Below are positions 1 to 9,339 of a stretch of DNA of 64,000 nt, in pieces. The stretch is from the NCBI GenBank assembly GCA_963826525.1, contig CAWGXH010000004.1, positions 1,216,001 through 1,280,000 of the forward strand, written 5' to 3'. A program made the position numbers and the translations under genes. A model generated the notes under the pieces. It did no database searches, was not told where the DNA came from, and worked only from the letters and a program-made list of their open reading frames with translations. The DNA comes from an uncultured Methanomicrobiaceae archaeon (GTDB lineage: Archaea > Halobacteriota > Methanomicrobia > Methanomicrobiales > Methanoculleaceae). Numbering within the stretch: position 1 is the first letter of the stretch; every line of letters begins with the position of its first letter.

Positions 1-1303
1 GCTTCCATCGGCCTGTATAACCTCTGGAAGGCCACGCACCAGGTGCGCAAAACGGTGAGGAGCACGGGCCTGGCCGTCGAGGAGATCACCGGCGGTGCCG
101 GGGATAGGGCAGCCGAGTTCGAAACGGCGTTTTCAAGCGCTGCTCGTGATCTGCTGTCGTTCGTCGGCGAGCTCGAAGAGCTCGTGGCGGTCCGGGGCGC
201 CAGCCTCCGCAGTGAGGACGAACTCCTGGATGCGGATGTAAGAAGGCTCTCCGCACTGCGGGTAAAGGAGAAGGAACTGCTCGAAGAACTCGCCGGGCAC
301 GAGAAGGATGAACCGTCAGCGCCACAGGAGCAGGCTTTGCTTGAGAGCAAACTCTCGATAGTGCGAAATGCCGTCCACGAGATACTCGACGCAGCAGAAC
401 CGGGCGTCATCCCGACCAGTCTCTATGACGCCAGAGCCATTCTTGAACGGTTCACCGTGCTTGAACAGCCGGGAATCGAGGAGATCTTCGATGCAGCGCT
501 CGGCAACCTCGCAGGCTTTGGAGTCTGTTCTTAACGAGGTTGAGAAGCTTTTCGTAATCAGGAGAGATACAGCAGTCGACCCTGCGGGGCTACCGAAGGA
601 GAAACAGGACGAGCTCGCCCGGCTGCAGACCTCGCTCGCCCTCTACGACCGGTTGATCGAGAAGACGACACGGGCGACGATCCGGCTTCAGGAAGAGCTC
701 CTCCGCGCGTACCCCGGGGAAGCGGCCGTTATGGAGACCTCACCCACGTCGGGCGCCCGTGAGCGGGGAGAGTCCGATAACCGGGCTGGTTCGGAGAAAC
801 CGAATCCTGCGCTGCCGGGAGAGCGGCATCCTGCCCGCGCACTCCGGCCGCCGAAGAGCGTCCGGATCGCCCGGGTGGTGGGACGCACCGATATCACTGC
901 CGTGCTTGCAAACCTTACCGCAATGCAGGGTATCAACCGGTATTACGAGCGGGAGCGGCTCAAGGTGGAGAAGAAGATCGTCCGGCTGGTGTCGGTACCG
1001 GTGGACGAGCCGGGAGTCCTCCCCCGCTCGATTGATGAGATGCGCCTTACGATCGAGCGGTTCCGGATCGGCGGGCAACCCCGGCTCGAGATCCTGGCCG
1101 ACAACCTCAATGAGGCGATCACCGAATCGAGAACGGCGGCGGCGAATACAAACCGGAGTTACGAGGCTGTTTATCGGTTCGCGGACGGTGTGTCGGAAAA
1201 CCGTCTCCTGCTCGTGATCGGCGCCGGGATCTTTGCGGTTCTGGTGCTGGCCATCCTGGTGGTTCTCCTGATCATCCTGGTGGAGATCGCGCTTATCTTC
1301 TAG
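1..1303 (+). CDS. 5'-truncated helical/coiled-coil hypothetical protein with C-terminal transmembrane helix; probably one gene split by a +1 frameshift near 511
   Basis: Frame of ORF 43..534 is open from base 1. Removing one base at aac ctc (g) cag gct ttg joins it to the 368..1303 frame (LGNL-QALESVLNEVEKLF). C-terminus LLLVIGAGIFAVLVLAILVVLLIILVEIALIF is strongly hydrophobic. Confidence 0.55.
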
Positions 1304-1544
1304 GGAGTGCGCGGACGGCTCCCGCATCCCGGCCTTTCCGGCTAAAGGCCGGCAGCACTGCCGCGGGCTCTTTCGGCACCGATAGGCCGATGAGCCTGGA
1401 ACCTGCAGGTGCCTGTATACCCGCGAAGTTCCTCATCGGGATACCCTGCCTCTTCTGTCTCACAGGTGGGGCATTCTCCCCATGCTTACTCCGGGTGCCT
1501 GACCTCTCGAAGACCGGCTCAGAGGTCACCGTCCCGCTTCATGC

Positions 1545-2570
1545 TCATGGCTTGCCATCAGCGCGTTCTTCGGACTCCTTCCTGAACGCTTCGTACGCTA
1601 CGGGATATTTCTCCCGGGCAGCAGCGCGGATCTTCGCAAGTCTTTCTTCCAGGGTGATGTATCCCTCTCCATGAGCTGCTGTATCGATCCGTCTTTGCAT
1701 TACCTGCTTCATCTGCACGTTTTTCTCGAATCCGAAGTAGTGGCGCCAGAGGCTTTTCGCGACGACGGCGGTGGTTCCCATACCCATGAACGGATCAAAA
1801 ACCAGATCGCCGGGTCTGGAACTGAACTCTATACATCGTTTCACGACTTCGACAGGTAATGTCGTGGCATTTTTTGCTTCTCCCGGGCTATACGTACGTT
1901 TAATGTCCCATACGTCCTCGGGATAATGCTCCATTTTATTGAAGTAGTATTTGTGGGGGTCTTTTGCCAGCAGCACGACGTGGTAGTGACTGGTAACGTA
2001 TTTTCTCCTGGTAAAGACGCCAAACTGGTATCTCCAGATGATATGGTTAATGGTCGTAAGGCCGCTCTGCCGGGCGCCACGCAGAACGTCCTCAAGGTGG
2101 TTCCAGCCACTGAAAACATACGCAGAGGCATGGGGTTTCATGATCCTCTGCATCTCTGCCATCCACGCTTCGGTGAATGCAGCGTAATCGAGATCGACCT
2201 CATGGTAGGCATCCACTACATGGTTGCTGTTTCTATTGTAAACCGACTCTTTGCCGGAGAAATCAATCCCGAACGGAGGATCGGCGACGACGAGATCCAC
2301 ACAGCCGGCCGGCATCCTCTCCATGCCCCGGCTGCAGTCTTCAAAGAGAATTGTATCCTGCTTCACCGGATAGTGAGATGCATCTTCGTAGCGTCTCTGC
2401 GCCTCATCCGGGCTCCAGTAGTCATCCGGTGAAAATTTAATACCTGCAAGACCGGGGACGTATCTCTTTCTTCGATCTCCCTTTCTGCCGCCGCCGCCAC
2501 CCTTTGACTCTGCCACAATCCCTATTTCATCACCGGTCACTAAATAATTTGTGATCCTTTGGAAGATCAA
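1545..2570 (-). CDS. Site-specific DNA methyltransferase (N6-A/N4-C, beta class); start uncertain
   Basis: Catalytic motif DLVVADPPF precedes the SAM-binding motif GDLVFDPFMGMGTT, which is the beta-class order. Confidence 0.9.
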   Translation of the reverse strand: MIFQRITNYLVTGDEIGIVAESKGGGGGRKGDRRKRYVPGLAGIKFSPDDYWSPDEAQRRYEDASHYPVKQDTILFEDCSRGMERMPAGCVDLVVADPPFGIDFSGKESVYNRNSNHVVDAYHEVDLDYAAFTEAWMAEMQRIMKPHASAYVFSGWNHLEDVLRGARQSGLTTINHIIWRYQFGVFTRRKYVTSHYHVVLLAKDPHKYYFNKMEHYPEDVWDIKRTYSPGEAKNATTLPVEVVKRCIEFSSRPGDLVFDPFMGMGTTAVVAKSLWRHYFGFEKNVQMKQVMQRRIDTAAHGEGYITLEERLAKIRAAAREKYPVAYEAFRKESEERADGKP

Positions 2571-2912
2571 AGGATTATCAGGGAGATTCCCATCTCCGGC
2601 ACCCGTACCCGATCCATCCCCCGTCTGAAGGCGGCGAAGGCTCTTTTAGGCAAGGCTCGGCGGTAATCGAAGCCCGCTCGATTCATCGGCGCTCATGCAC
2701 TGTTGAGTTGAGGAGCGGACCGATGCCGGAGAGGCAGGCGCGGAGGGCGATGAAGCGTGACGTCTCACGCCCAACGAACGGCTCTCGGCAGCACCGGCGA
2801 GGAGGAAAAGTGCCGTGCGATCGAATCCGTAGCGGTGATCGACAGGACATAGGTTCGAAAAAGAACTGCTTTACGGTGTACCTTGAAAAGAAGCCGGAAA
2901 AGATGTTTGAAA

Positions 2913-2986
2913 TGCCTCAGCCCGGATTTGAACCGGGGACAACCAGATCTTCAGTCTGGCGCTCTCCCGGACTGAGCTACTGAGGC
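2913..2986 (-). tRNA. tRNA-Phe (GAA)
   Basis: Reverse complement GCCTCAGTAGCTCAGTCCGGGAGAGCGCCAGACTGAAGATCTGGTTGTCCCCGGTTCAAATCCGGGCTGAGGCA folds as a cloverleaf with anticodon GAA. CCA is not encoded. Confidence 0.97.
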
Positions 2987-3124
2987 ATTGGATATTAACG
3001 TTGTCTGTGGTGCCTAATAAATCCTATGATTCATCTTCTCACCACCGACATCTCCCCTGCACCATCCCGGAACCGACCGCGAAGACGTGCCTTTTTATCA
3101 TCTTGCGTGCCGAAACTGGTATCA

Positions 3125-4099
3125 ATGGATCGGAACGGCCGCGTACAGGACGGGAAAGAATCGAACCTCATGAAGTCACTCTCCGAACGGAGTCAGCATG
3201 TCGTTCACCTCACCCACAACGACCTCGACGCCGCCGGTGCCGATGCAATCCACCGGATACACTACGGCGATGTCTTCACGGTGTTCGCATCGGTGGGGAA
3301 GTTCCCCGGCCTCTTCGATGCGGTCGCGGGCGCGCCGGGCCGCGGTGACCTGCTCAGCATCTCCGATCTCGGCTACTTCAGGGATGTTGAACGCCGGATC
3401 AAAAAAGCCCGTTCAAACGGCTGGCGGATCGAGTGGCGGGATCACCACCGCTGGCGGGAAGAAGAGATCCGATCGGTCACGGGTATGGTCGACCTGCTCC
3501 GGGTCGATACCTCCGCCTGCGCCACCGGCCTCGTCGCCCGCGCCCTCGAGCCGGAGAACCCGCTGGCGACGGAGATCGCACGGGTGGTCTGCGACTACGA
3601 TCTCTGGAAGCACGAAGACCCGCGGTCGAAGGTGCTCGGGCAGGTGGTGATGCGCGGTCGGAGAAACCGGGACTACGTCCGCGACCGTCTCGCCGCCGGG
3701 GTCTTCTCCGACGCCCACATCGAGCAGGAGTACGCCGGTATCGTCCGTGAGATGGAAGAGAACATCGAAAAAAGTCTCCGGCACGCGACGGTCTATACCA
3801 GGCCGTACCGGATCGTCTTTGCGCCTCTCTACGGCTATCCGAGCGAGACCGCCCATACGATCCGGGATACGCTCGACACCGAGATCGAGGTGATCGTCTC
3901 CCAGAACGGCCGCTTCTCCATCCGCTCCGTCCCGCCGATCAGCCACCTGATCGCCCGCGAGTTCGGCGGCGGCGGCCACCCGCACGCAGCGGGGGGCAGC
4001 TTCGACTTCACCCTCCTCGACCGGATTTTCTTCTATCTCTTCAAGAAGAACAAGCACTACCGCTCCCTCGTCGAGGTCTCGGGCGCTATTTCAGAATAA
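3125..4099 (+). CDS. DHH/DHHA1 family phosphoesterase (start 3125 or 3170)
   Basis: Motifs THNDLD, SDL, RDHH, DYD and C-terminal GGGGHPHAAG. Confidence 0.88.
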   Translation: MDRNGRVQDGKESNLMKSLSERSQHVVHLTHNDLDAAGADAIHRIHYGDVFTVFASVGKFPGLFDAVAGAPGRGDLLSISDLGYFRDVERRIKKARSNGWRIEWRDHHRWREEEIRSVTGMVDLLRVDTSACATGLVARALEPENPLATEIARVVCDYDLWKHEDPRSKVLGQVVMRGRRNRDYVRDRLAAGVFSDAHIEQEYAGIVREMEENIEKSLRHATVYTRPYRIVFAPLYGYPSETAHTIRDTLDTEIEVIVSQNGRFSIRSVPPISHLIAREFGGGGHPHAAGGSFDFTLLDRIFFYLFKKNKHYRSLVEVSGAISE

Positions 4100-4874
4100 A
4101 CGCCTCTCGTGCGAGGCTCTCCCAGTACGTGCTACAGTCCTCCGTGCAGTAGCCGCCCGCAAGGAGCGTATCCGGATCGAAGTACCCGGCTGCATTCGTC
4201 AGATCGGCGCTCGTCGGGTTGATCAGCACCAGGCGGCGGATGGAGTACTCTTCGGCACGCTCGACCGCGAATGGGAGCTGCCTCGGCAGGATCGGCAGTT
4301 CGCTCTGGTACTCGAGCAGCAGCTCGAGATCGAACCGTTCGGGGTTCTGTGGGAGGAAGATGCACTTCTTCCCGGCAAGGCGTTCGAGTTCCGCCTCGTC
4401 TGCGGTATCCGCTATCATCACGTGCCCCTGCACGCCGCGGTCCCGCATCTCCCGCATGAGATGGGCGGTGAGGCCGGAGAGAAGTTCTGAGAAATCTTCT
4501 GGGTCGCCGATGTAGCCGTCGGTGACGCCGAGGAGGTGAGGAGCGGGGATAGCGACCCGGATGCCTTTTTTCCGGGCTACGAGTGCCGCTGCATCCGCCG
4601 TCACGTCACGTGGGTCAAGACCTGGTTCATCGACCAGCACCCCTCCTTCGACGCCGATCAGTGCGCCCTTGAGCCGTTTGCCGTAGAAGAGCCCGCCAGC
4701 GCAGGGAGCCTCGATCGGTTGCTGGGCTGCAAGCGACGTCTCGAGCTGGTAGGTTATCAGGTCGCCTCCGCTCTTCCCCCGCTTCTCCGCTATCCATGCG
4801 GCAAGCTCTTCAATCGTGGGGGTACCCACCTCGGAACCGTAGGATCGCATCGGGATATTCAGACGTTTCGCCAT
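4086..4874 (-). CDS. Hypothetical protein, possible degenerate UROD/MetE-like barrel
   Basis: 262-aa ORF with typical codon usage, divergent from metG. The [27 protein letters not shown] segment resembles a MetE-like barrel (inference). Confidence 0.7.
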   Translation of the reverse strand: MAKRLNIPMRSYGSEVGTPTIEELAAWIAEKRGKSGGDLITYQLETSLAAQQPIEAPCAGGLFYGKRLKGALIGVEGGVLVDEPGLDPRDVTADAAALVARKKGIRVAIPAPHLLGVTDGYIGDPEDFSELLSGLTAHLMREMRDRGVQGHVMIADTADEAELERLAGKKCIFLPQNPERFDLELLLEYQSELPILPRQLPFAVERAEEYSIRRLVLINPTSADLTNAAGYFDPDTLLAGGYCTEDCSTYWESLAREAFILK

Positions 4875-4916
4875 ACGCTAGTATCTTTATTAGCATCGCC
4901 ATCAGAACGTATAAGG

Positions 4917-6916
4917 ATGAGTGGTAAGCCGTTGCTGGTGACGTGCGGGCTCCCGTATACGAACGGACCCTGCCATATCGGACATCTGCGGACGTATGTG
5001 CCTGCCGATTTTTACGTGCGGTACATGCGTCGCGCCGGGGAAGACGTCGTATTTATCTGCGGATCTGACAATCACGGGACACCCATCGTGATCAGTGCGG
5101 AGCAGGAAGGATCGACGCCGAGAGAGCTCTCGGAGCGGTACCATCAGCACTTCGACTCGACGTTCAAGCGCATGCTGGTGGAGTTCGACCGGTTCGGCAT
5201 GACGGACGATCCGACGAATCACGAGACGACGAAAGACCTGGTGCAGCGGCTCATCGACCGGGGCTACGTCTACCCGAAGACGATCAGCCAGAGTTACTGC
5301 CCCGACTGCAGCCGGTTCCTTCCCGACCGCTACGTCGAGGGGATCTGCCCGCACTGCGGTGCCGTCGCCCGGGGCGACGAGTGCGATCAGGGGTGCGGCC
5401 AGCACCTCGAGCCGGGCGAGATCAAGGATGCTCTCTGCAAGGTCTGCGGGGGGAAGGCCGAGTATCGCGACCAGGAACACTACTTCTTCAAACTCTCGGA
5501 GTTCAAGGACTTCCTCCTCGAGTACCTCCCCGACCTCCGGGGAACGTCGAACGCCCGGAACTACGCGCTCGGCTGGGTGAAAGAATCCCTCCACGACTGG
5601 TGCATTACCCGGACGCTCGAGTGGGGCGTCAAATTCCCGGGAAGGGACGACCTCGTCGTCTACGTCTGGGTGGACGCCCCGATCGGGTATATCTCGTTCA
5701 CGAAGGAGTGGGCGGACTCGTGCAGGTGCGGACTGGCAGGAGTACTGGTGCGGCGACGATACCCGGGTCACGCACTTCATCGGCGGCGACATCATCTACC
5801 ACCACTGCATCTTCTGGCCTGCACTCCTCAAGGGCGCCGGCGTCGGTCTGCCGCACGCCGTGGTGGCGAGCGGGATGGTCACGATCGAAGGGAAGAAGTT
5901 CTCGAAGTCACGCGGCTACGTCGTCTGGACGAACGACGACTACCTGGAGCAGGGTCTCCCCGCAGACTACCTCCGCTACTATCTCCTTGCCTATACGAAC
6001 CACACCAAGGAGCTCGACTTCTCCTGGCAGGTCTACCAGCAGCGGGTGAACAACGAGCTCGTCGGGACGCTCGGCAACTTCATCTACCGCACCATGCACT
6101 TCGCCGCGAAGGAGTTCGGCGGCGTGCCGGACGTTCCGGCAGAGCCTGCCATCCTCGAGGAGATCGCTCGGGCGTTCGCCACCGTCGACCGGGCGATGCG
6201 GGACTACGAATTCAAGAGCGCCGTCGATGCGATGATGACGCTGGCATCTTTCGGGAACGGCTACATCCAGAACAATGCGCCCTGGAAACTGATCGAGCAG
6301 GACCGGGATGCGGCGGAGCAGGTGATCGCTAACTGCCTCCAGCTCGTCAAAGCCCTCGTCCTCGTCTTCGAGCCCCTCATCCCCGAGACGATGCAGCGGG
6401 CGTGGCAGATGCTCGGGTACGGCGACGCCCTGCGGAGCTCACACGCTCGCGGAGGCGAAAGAGCCGATCGGGGCACGATCGCTCGAGAAGCCGATGCCGC
6501 TCTTTGTCAAGATCGAGGACGACCGGATCCGCGACCTCGAGACGCTCCTCGGCCAGCGCGTCGATGCTGCGAAGAGAGCCGCGGAGAAGAAGCAGGTGAA
6601 GACGGTTCCGATCGAGCACTTCGGCGAGCTCGAGATCCGCATCGCCCGCGTGACCTCGGCAGAGCCGATCAAGGGCTCGAAGAAACTCTATAAACTGACG
6701 GTCGATCTCGGCGAAGAGCGCCGGCAGGTGGTGAGCGGCATCGCCCAGTTCTACTCCCCGGACGAGCTCGTCGGGCAGGATGTCGCGATGATTGCAAACC
6801 TCGCACCGGCGAAGATCTTCGGTGTCGAGAGCCAGGGCATGATCCTCGCCGCCGGAGATGCGGCGTCGCTCCTCGTGCCGCTCCGCCCGGTCAGCCCGGG
6901 GACACCGGTCCGTTGA
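4917..6916 (+). CDS. metG: Methionine--tRNA ligase with C-terminal tRNA-binding domain (+1 frameshifts near 5721 and 6439)
   Basis: [12 protein letters not shown] (HIGH), Zn-knuckle CxxC pairs, [15 protein letters not shown] and a C-terminal Trbp111-like domain ([11 protein letters not shown]), spread over three frames. Confidence 0.96.
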
Positions 6917-7413
6917 TCCAGACTACCTGGTCAATCCTGTTTTTCAGCGAACTCTGGTCGTAGACGACGATCCGCCACTGCCCGCCGGGCGAGAACGGGT
7001 GGACGCCGGGGTGGCGGGCGGCCGTAAAGACCATCTCCTGCTCGTCGGTGATCCAGTAGCCGGACGCAGCCCCGTCATCTACGGGAAAATGGAAGATGTA
7101 AGCGGCCTCTCCCACGCCGAGCGTCGTGTTCCGGAGGATCGCGGCATTCACATCCCGGAGCGTTCCTTCGGGGTCGATGAGGTAGACCCGGCACTCCGTG
7201 AGGTTGATCGCGCTCTCCGTGCCGGATATGCGTATTACCGGACGTCCCGGCGTACCCGGTGACGATCTCCACCGAGAGGGGCAGTGCCGGGCCTGCGGCT
7301 CCGGCCTCCCCTCCCGGCACCAGGAGGCCTGCGGCGACGACGGTCATCAGCACCGCAGCTATGACGATGGCACAGGCCGTCGCCGTCCCGGTGGAGATAG
7401 GGCCCCGCTTCAC
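6891..7413 (-). CDS. Secreted/membrane-anchored protein, possibly pilin-like (+1 frameshift near 7257)
   Basis: MKRGPIS followed by a hydrophobic segment. Removing one G joins 7075..7413 to the 6891..7151 frame (TPGRPVIRISGTESAINLTECRVYLID). Confidence 0.55.
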
Positions 7414-7478
7414 GAGCAGCCTGTGGGCATTCTCTTATATTTGAAACTATGGGTGCAGCGGCGCAAGAAAAGGTGAAG

Positions 7479-7553
7479 CGGGCCTGGAGGGATTCGAACC
7501 CCCGACGTCCGGGTTAGAAGCCCGGCGCTATGTCCTGGCTAAGCCACAGACCC
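7479..7553 (-). tRNA. tRNA-Arg (TCT)
   Basis: Reverse complement GGGTCTGTGGCTTAGCCAGGACATAGCGCCGGGCTTCTAACCCGGACGTCGGGGGTTCGAATCCCTCCAGGCCCG; anticodon loop CTTCTAA and T-loop GTTCGAATC. Confidence 0.96.
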
Positions 7554-7641
7554 TTTATTGTTCCCATATAGGTTGGGCCTCTGTGGTAATTAATCCTTTG
7601 AGTCCCCGTGCCGGATCACACCCGCACCCAAAAATGAGGGT

Positions 7642-8034
7642 TCATCCTGCCCGGTAGCAGGATGACCTGATGATATCGACTTTTGTCGGTTTTCCCCAGT
7701 CCTGACCCTCTACCTCGCGAGCGAGGGTCGATCCGGCGTATTTGACCTTGATCCGTGCCGACATGCGCTCGCGCTCCTCGAAGTAGACCGGATTGACGAA
7801 CTCGACGAGCCGCTTCATGCTGATGGTGAGCGCAAGGAGATCGACGAGAATCCCGGGATCACCCTCGGAGAAATCGTCCTGGTCGACCGAGGTCATGAAG
7901 ATACACTCGCCCGGCGCTGCCTCGGTCAGGGAGATGATGTTGTGGGCGCTTGAGAGTTCGATCGTGCGGGCTTTTCCGTTCTTGAGCTCTGCAATGACTG
8001 ATGGTGAGATTCCGGTTAATGCTGTGCACATCAT
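7642..8034 (-). CDS. DUF473-like archaeal protein
   Basis: N-terminus MMCTALTGISPSVIAEL..RTIEL.SAHN recalled as the DUF473 pattern; lies downstream of the PAC2 gene. Confidence 0.7.
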   Translation of the reverse strand: MMCTALTGISPSVIAELKNGKARTIELSSAHNIISLTEAAPGECIFMTSVDQDDFSEGDPGILVDLLALTISMKRLVEFVNPVYFEERERMSARIKVKYAGSTLAREVEGQDWGKPTKVDIIRSSCYRAG

Positions 8035-8039
8035 GAGTA

Positions 8040-8759
8040 TCACCCGTACATCGGCAGCTGCTGTTCCCGCCTCCCGGGCGCTGCTTCGCTTTTCTGCATC
8101 TGCTCTGCAACCTGTGCCATGGCCGCTTCGATCTCTACCGCCTGCTCCATGAGCGGCTGCACGTCGAGACCGAGGTTGTAGATCTTATTGAGCACCTCGA
8201 TCGTCGATGCCGACGCCCGCGGGTCGGGCGTGTTCACCGTCTCTCCGAGAAGTCCTATCGCCGGGATGCTCCGGGTCTTGCACTCGGTGAGGATACTCGC
8301 CGCAATCCCGGAGATGCTGCCCATGGGCAGGATGATCGTCTCGTCCGCAATCTTCTGCAGAACGTCCTGTGTCGTCGCCACACCGAAGACACGCTTCTCG
8401 GGCTCATTGGTAATGATGCCGGCGATAGTGACGATCTCCTGGAGGTTGTACTGGGTGAGCCAGTTCATGATCCCGTCTGCCACCTCGTAGCAGATCATCG
8501 GGTGGATCGGGACGTCGGAGACGATTGCCGCAAGGCTATCCTTTTCATAGAGCCGTACCGGGGCACTTATCACGCCCTTTGCCATGAGGGCGACCGGCGG
8601 AAAGTACTTGCTCGTAATCGATCCGATCTGCTCGAACTCCATCTGTTCGACCAGGTACTGCAGTGCGATACTGCCCACGAGACCACTGCCGGGAAAACCG
8701 ATCAACACTGTTTTTTCAGCGCTGCCGAGGTCCCTGGCGGTTACCTTTATATCGTCCAT
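8040..8759 (-). CDS. Proteasome assembly chaperone (PAC2 family)
   Basis: LIGFPGSGLVGSIA, PDPRAS and a C-terminal MYG tail. Confidence 0.9.
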   Translation of the reverse strand: MDDIKVTARDLGSAEKTVLIGFPGSGLVGSIALQYLVEQMEFEQIGSITSKYFPPVALMAKGVISAPVRLYEKDSLAAIVSDVPIHPMICYEVADGIMNWLTQYNLQEIVTIAGIITNEPEKRVFGVATTQDVLQKIADETIILPMGSISGIAASILTECKTRSIPAIGLLGETVNTPDPRASASTIEVLNKIYNLGLDVQPLMEQAVEIEAAMAQVAEQMQKSEAAPGRREQQLPMYG

Positions 8760-8819
8760 ACGCTCACATCACTCCCCGTCGGATTAGTTTAACATAGCTG
8801 GATGTCCCTTAAAAATATT

Positions 8820-9138
8820 ATGCAAGAGTACCCGATTAAGCGAGGATACGGTAAAAATCTCGAAGAGAATATGATCCAGAGCCTCCGGGATCAGTTCGGG
8901 GTGGAGCCCCTCGAGTCCGGCGGCCACCACACCATCGCCTTCGGTGCTCTGCAGCGTCTCGAAGTATGGACCGGGGAGAAGGGCAAGACGCTGATCGTCG
9001 ATACGGAATCGAACGCGGACGTGGACGACGAGACGATCATCGAGACGAACCGCCGGTTCCGGAAGTACCTCGAACTGGTGACCGGGTACAACTCGAAAGA
9101 GCGTGCGAAGAAGGCAAAGAAAGTTATCGACGGACTGA
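8820..9138 (+). CDS. DUF5611-like small archaeal protein (true stop probably TGA at 9136-9138 after a +1 error)
   Basis: MQEYPIKRG...FRKYLELVTGYNSKERAKK. Removing one G in gac(g)gactgatag gives GAC GAC TGA TAG. Confidence 0.75.
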
Positions 9139-9210
9139 TAGCCGTAAGAATATCTCTTCTCCTTCGTTGGTGCAGGCATCGCACCGATAATCTTTCCCCC
9201 TTTCGGCAGG

Positions 9211-9317
9211 GATGCACCGGGCACGATACCGCGCTGAAGCGTATGCCCGGGCGACCGATCTTGGGCATGGAGGTTCGCCTCCGGTATCGGCATTGCAGTC
9301 TTCCCGGTGATGCACCC
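9211..9317 (+). ncRNA. Candidate structured RNA (four-way junction) in a convergent spacer
   Basis: Four helices with no unpaired linker bases, including a GGAGG-TTCG-CCTCC hairpin. G-U pairs favour the + strand. Confidence 0.35.
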
Positions 9318-9339
9318 GCGGGAAAAAAAGAATAGTTCC

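Noticed and set aside
4536-4916. N-terminal extension of MetG in the ORF track
   Set aside because: It overlaps the opposite-strand gene. MetG homology starts at ATG 4917 ([14 protein letters not shown]).
8802-9335. 177-aa extended DUF5611 ORF
   Set aside because: The extension follows an apparent extra G just before tandem TGA TAG stops and reads through the structured spacer.
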